A DNA stretch of 64,000 bases from Cyanobacteria bacterium P01_A01_bin.123. Lineage in GTDB: Bacteria > Cyanobacteriota > Cyanobacteriia > Phormidesmidales > Phormidesmidaceae. Where the stretch lies: assembly GCA_039815185.1 (NCBI GenBank), contig JBCBZT010000012.1:64001-128000 (forward strand), read 5' to 3'. Each line of letters opens with the position of its first letter. Within the stretch, counting starts at the first letter, position 1. Shown piece after piece: positions 60,647 to 64,000 of the stretch. The translations under genes were made by a program, and so were the position numbers. The notes beneath the pieces are model-generated. The model did not search any database. It saw nothing but the letters and a program-made list of their open reading frames with translations, and had not been told where the DNA came from.

Positions 60647-62386
60647 CTAACTGATTGGTGAATAAGCTGTATCCAGGAGATCTAGTATAGTCTCAGCACT
60701 TCCCTGCCCAATCACCTGAATTTGTGGACCGTGAAGTGACTCTTTAAATATATCAATCTCTTCTTTGCTAGGGCATTCATGGGCCCCACCTAATTTCTGG
60801 CAAGCATATGCTGCCCAAGCTTGACTATCTTTCACAGCTCTTTGAAGATCGAAAAAAGAGAAGATTGACTCATGCTTGTCAAATAGATGTGATGCAATGG
60901 CTGCACCAAAAGCGTCCCCCGCACCTGTAGGATCTACAATTTTTCCTGGTTTATAAGGAAGTATTAAAATAAGCCCATCTGCACCATCTTTATAGCTACA
61001 GACTGCCCCTAATTTATCCATAGTAATTACACTTGTAACTCCTTTTTTGTTTAGAGAAGTTACAATCTCCTTCAAAGCAAGATCCTTCTTATCTACCTGG
61101 AATAAGCGCTTGACTTCATCTAGATTGAGCTGAAAAATAGAAATTTTTGGTAAAAACTCTTGCCAGAAGTCAAATCCATATTCGATTTGACTTCTGCCAA
61201 AATTAGCAAGGATATCAGCATTAGGGAATCTACTTATCAGTAGCTTTGTACATTTCCCTGAGCCTTCACTATCAGCATAAATATGCCCAATAATAACAGT
61301 CTTTATCCTCCTTTCAACTTCTTCCCCAAGGTCATCTAGGCGATTCGTAAGGTGGCGGAAAAAGTCTCCCTGCTCCACATTTTCGGTAAGAATAGTACGT
61401 TTCTCCCCTCTCACCAGAATCGTAGAGTAATTTGTTATTGCTCCAGGAATAAAAAAATTTTCAGAACCAACAAAATCATCAATTATTTTTGGCAATTTAC
61501 TCGTCCGTCTTATAGTGTTGAGAAGCTCTTCTTGAATACACTCTCCAAGACGATCCCGACCAACGCCAGGTATTGGGATTACTGGGATGCCAAAGTTCAT
61601 CAGGCGTATACTATAGTTAATACAGCTTCCACCAAAAAGTTTAATAGGATTAACGGTATATTTCCGATCTTCTTTGAACTCTAACGGTAGCTGAATTATA
61701 TTTTCACCATTGCTTCCACCAACAACAAGAACATAATTTTCCTGCTCACAAACATTTACTAGCTGGTTTTGTTTTCGGATAGGTAGCAATCTAGTCCAGT
61801 AGTCATCTTGCTGATGAGACTCTGTCTGAAGGTTTCGTAGTTCAGGGAGCTTCTCCAAAACCGCATAGGAAGGAAGAGCACCACCGCCTAAATCGCTAAA
61901 TTTATCACGAGTAAAATTAAGAATTCCGCATACTTTACCTGTTCGCTGATTCAACAAGGCAGCCCCGCTCATCCCTTTGCTCACCTGTCCCTGAGCAAAC
62001 TTGATGAATGCTGGTTTATCTCCCGTTAACCCCTCACACGTAAACGTCACTGGGCAACCGTTGGGAAAATTATCAGGATAGCCAAATATATATAGTGGGT
62101 CGCGGGTTTGAACTTCTTCACCCAAATACACACAGGACGGATTGACATTGGTTGGAAGCGTTACCCTAAGTAGAGCCAGATCCCAAGGATCAGGTAAAAG
62201 CTGCTCTACAATAGCTTCTACGTCGCTCTCTTGGTTTTGCAACCGTATTTGAACAAATTTCTCGTTCTGTACGACATGAGCACAAGTAAGAATATATTCA
62301 CGGGCCACAAAGAAACCTGTACCCCTTCCACAGGGACTTATGAGCTTTACCGTGCATAGCTTCAGCAGTTCTTCTAGGCGACTCAT
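60647..62386 (-). CDS. Trypsin-like serine protease fused to a PfkB/ribokinase-family kinase
   Basis: GTGFFV, TCAHVV (His), DLALL (Asp), GMSGA (Ser); then GGS..N, GVGRDRLG, LNLDE, ITMDKLG, DPTGAGDAF. Confidence 0.85.
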   Translation of the reverse strand: MSRLEELLKLCTVKLISPCGRGTGFFVAREYILTCAHVVQNEKFVQIRLQNQESDVEAIVEQLLPDPWDLALLRVTLPTNVNPSCVYLGEEVQTRDPLYIFGYPDNFPNGCPVTFTCEGLTGDKPAFIKFAQGQVSKGMSGAALLNQRTGKVCGILNFTRDKFSDLGGGALPSYAVLEKLPELRNLQTESHQQDDYWTRLLPIRKQNQLVNVCEQENYVLVVGGSNGENIIQLPLEFKEDRKYTVNPIKLFGGSCINYSIRLMNFGIPVIPIPGVGRDRLGECIQEELLNTIRRTSKLPKIIDDFVGSENFFIPGAITNYSTILVRGEKRTILTENVEQGDFFRHLTNRLDDLGEEVERRIKTVIIGHIYADSEGSGKCTKLLISRFPNADILANFGRSQIEYGFDFWQEFLPKISIFQLNLDEVKRLFQVDKKDLALKEIVTSLNKKGVTSVITMDKLGAVCSYKDGADGLILILPYKPGKIVDPTGAGDAFGAAIASHLFDKHESIFSFFDLQRAVKDSQAWAAYACQKLGGAHECPSKEEIDIFKESLHGPQIQVIGQGSAETILDLLDTAYSPIS

Positions 62387-62389
62387 AAA

Positions 62390-62716
62390 TTATTCCCCTT
62401 GCTGTACTTCCCACTCTAAAGTGATTTCCAGATTAGCTTTGCTGGAACCTTTCACTATTACTGCAGTCAGTTGTCCAGACTCGATTGACAGTTCCATACC
62501 AAATTTTACGCTAGCTTTCTTAGGCTTTACCTTTTGAATCGGGGTGGCAATCATCTGTACCAAGCCCTCAATCGCATCTGCAACAGGCTGAAACTGCTTT
62601 TTATCAAAGCTCGCGCTGGCTTTCTCTAGTCCCGTTTGTGCTACCTCAAATTTGACAGTAGCCCCATTTGGCAGCTGAATTGGAATAGTATTACTGTAAG
62701 GATTAGTAAAGGTCAT
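62390..62716 (-). CDS. Trypco1 (trypsin-co-occurring domain 1, CU044_2847-like) protein
   Basis: KP.KASVKFGMELSIESGQLTAVIVKGSSKANLEITLEW; 3 bp upstream of the trypsin gene. Confidence 0.8.
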   Translation of the reverse strand: MTFTNPYSNTIPIQLPNGATVKFEVAQTGLEKASASFDKKQFQPVADAIEGLVQMIATPIQKVKPKKASVKFGMELSIESGQLTAVIVKGSSKANLEITLEWEVQQGE

Positions 62717-62879
62717 ATTTGTAGATACCTAAGAAGATTAGATTACTATCTTAAAATATCCAGCAGTATTGGCTCCGATTGCGTTCAATGTATACATTGA
62801 TTTCGGCTTGGTAATCTAAATAATAGCAGCGTGCATCAGAGATTTGAGTCCAGTGCCTCATCGAGGTAAGAATGGGCCT

Positions 62880-62998
62880 AGTTAACTATCAATTAGAGAG
62901 AACCATTCCATATAACTCCCTTAAATGGGTGTTTAAGTAGAAACTTTTCAGCCTAATTCCCTGATTTGGGCGTTTAGGTGGAAATACGTCAGCCTAAT
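62880..62998 (-). mobile_element. Putative attI region with two direct repeats
   Basis: Minus strand CTCTAAT-TGATA-GTTAACT has the same geometry as attI1 CCCTAAA-ACAAA-GTT; 32-bp imperfect direct repeats at 62926-62957 and 62967-62998. Confidence 0.5.
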
Positions 62999-63006
62999 AC
63001 TCTTAT

Positions 63007-63210
63007 ATGGCTGTGCACCTAGCCAGCATCAATAAACGAGTCGGTTGTCATACGTTTCGCCATAGCTTTGCGACCCACCTTCTAGAAAATGGCTATGACA
63101 TCCGCACGATTCAAGAACTGCTGGGCCACAAAGATGTCAAGACAACAATGATTTGTACCCACGTTTTGAATCGTGGTGGTCGTGGCGTCAGGAGTCCCTT
63201 GGATGGCTAA
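63007..63210 (+). pseudogene. intI: Integron integrase remnant (C-terminal ~65 aa only; catalytic Tyr->Cys)
   Basis: [57 protein letters not shown]. Confidence 0.88.
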
Positions 63211-63230
63211 GCGGGAGTGCGAAAAACCTA

Positions 63231-64000
63231 CTATTCATTCTCCTGCTTCCACTCTGTCAACACCCCATACAATCCCCAAATCGCCATCGGTCGTAAATAA
63301 TGACACGCCCGAAACGTGCCCACCGCTGTGATCGCCTCTGGTGTGCGAAACTGCAACCCATACTCATAAATCTGCCGCACCACCGCCTTACTAATAGTCA
63401 ACGCCTCCTTAACCATGCCCGTATGGGCCATAAACGCAGCCAGACCAAAGTTAATCCCCGTCCACACTTCTAGCTGATGAGTATCGTCAAAATGCTCCGG
63501 TACGCCGTCTGGCAAAATGCCATTGGCCGCACCCACCGCCATGCCCAAACTAGCAGTGCTAAAATTCCCCGTTTGCGTCCCTTCAAATCGCTGGTTTTGC
63601 ACCACCGAATGGGTCTGCACATATTGATTGAACTTGACAAAACAGGCGTCGTAAATCGTTTCTAGTGCCGATTGGATATACTCTGGTTCTACCAAATCCG
63701 GCAGGCCCATCAACTGCGCCATGAACTGGCCGCAAAGTTGATCCGCCATCACTACTTCAGAGCCGCTGTGGGTATCCAGACGGTAGTAGCGACCGTTCCA
63801 CAGTTTGTTTTGATAGACAACTTGCCCATGCTTCAACCAGCGGCGATATTGGGTCAGTAAAATCGGCAGATTGCCGGGGGCACGCTGATGTTGGGTGAGG
63901 ACATCTGCGATCGCGATCGCAGCTTCCAACGCCGCCAACCATAACCCACCACAATAGGCACTGACGCCCTTAAGCTGCCAGTCATCAAAGGTTTGATCCG
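63231..64000 (-). CDS. GH116 (GBA2-type glucosylceramidase/beta-glucosidase), 5' part outside the window
   Basis: Frame open to the window edge: DQTFDDWQLKGVSAYCGGLWLAAL, MADQLCGQ, EVWTG, GLQFRTPEA, YLRPMAIW. Confidence 0.9.
   Translation of the reverse strand, partial: DQTFDDWQLKGVSAYCGGLWLAALEAAIAIADVLTQHQRAPGNLPILLTQYRRWLKHGQVVYQNKLWNGRYYRLDTHSGSEVVMADQLCGQFMAQLMGLPDLVEPEYIQSALETIYDACFVKFNQYVQTHSVVQNQRFEGTQTGNFSTASLGMAVGAANGILPDGVPEHFDDTHQLEVWTGINFGLAAFMAHTGMVKEALTISKAVVRQIYEYGLQFRTPEAITAVGTFRACHYLRPMAIWGLYGVLTEWKQENE

Noticed and set aside
1..64000. tRNA/rRNA genes, DGR or retron
   Set aside because: I recognised no cloverleaf, rRNA or reverse-transcriptase motifs by eye; a tRNAscan/Rfam run would be needed to exclude small RNAs.

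Overview
Cyanobacterial chromosomal window. Evidence: very frequent HIP1 octamer GCGATCGC, plus cpcG, petN, ccmP and nrtS; ~50% GC by eye is compatible with a filamentous Leptolyngbya/Nodosilinea-like strain (inference). Most of it is housekeeping, regulatory and transport genes: clpP, rsmG, rluD, rpe, speA, rsmB, tldD, hcp with a divergent Crp/Fnr regulator, two-component systems and peptidases. The main accessory locus, ~59.2-63.2 kb, is a decayed integron: an internally deleted intI whose catalytic Tyr is changed to Cys, an attI-like site and a recognisable attC. It carries an AT-rich two-gene operon encoding a Trypco1 (CU044_2847-like) protein and a trypsin-like protease fused to an intact PfkB-family kinase, a candidate undescribed conflict/defence module. 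Also notable: a REP-associated tyrosine transposase with an in-frame copy of its own REP unit; six co-oriented copies of a ~103-bp covarying structured intergenic element; a 29-bp tandem amplification of a gene's 3' end; an RHH + degenerate PIN pair with a divergent ACG-initiated zinc-ribbon microprotein; an archaeal-type kinase; a macrodomain/PARG-like protein; and a chimeric pseudogene scar joined at a HIP1-like site. All calls come from reading motifs by eye; no database searches were run.
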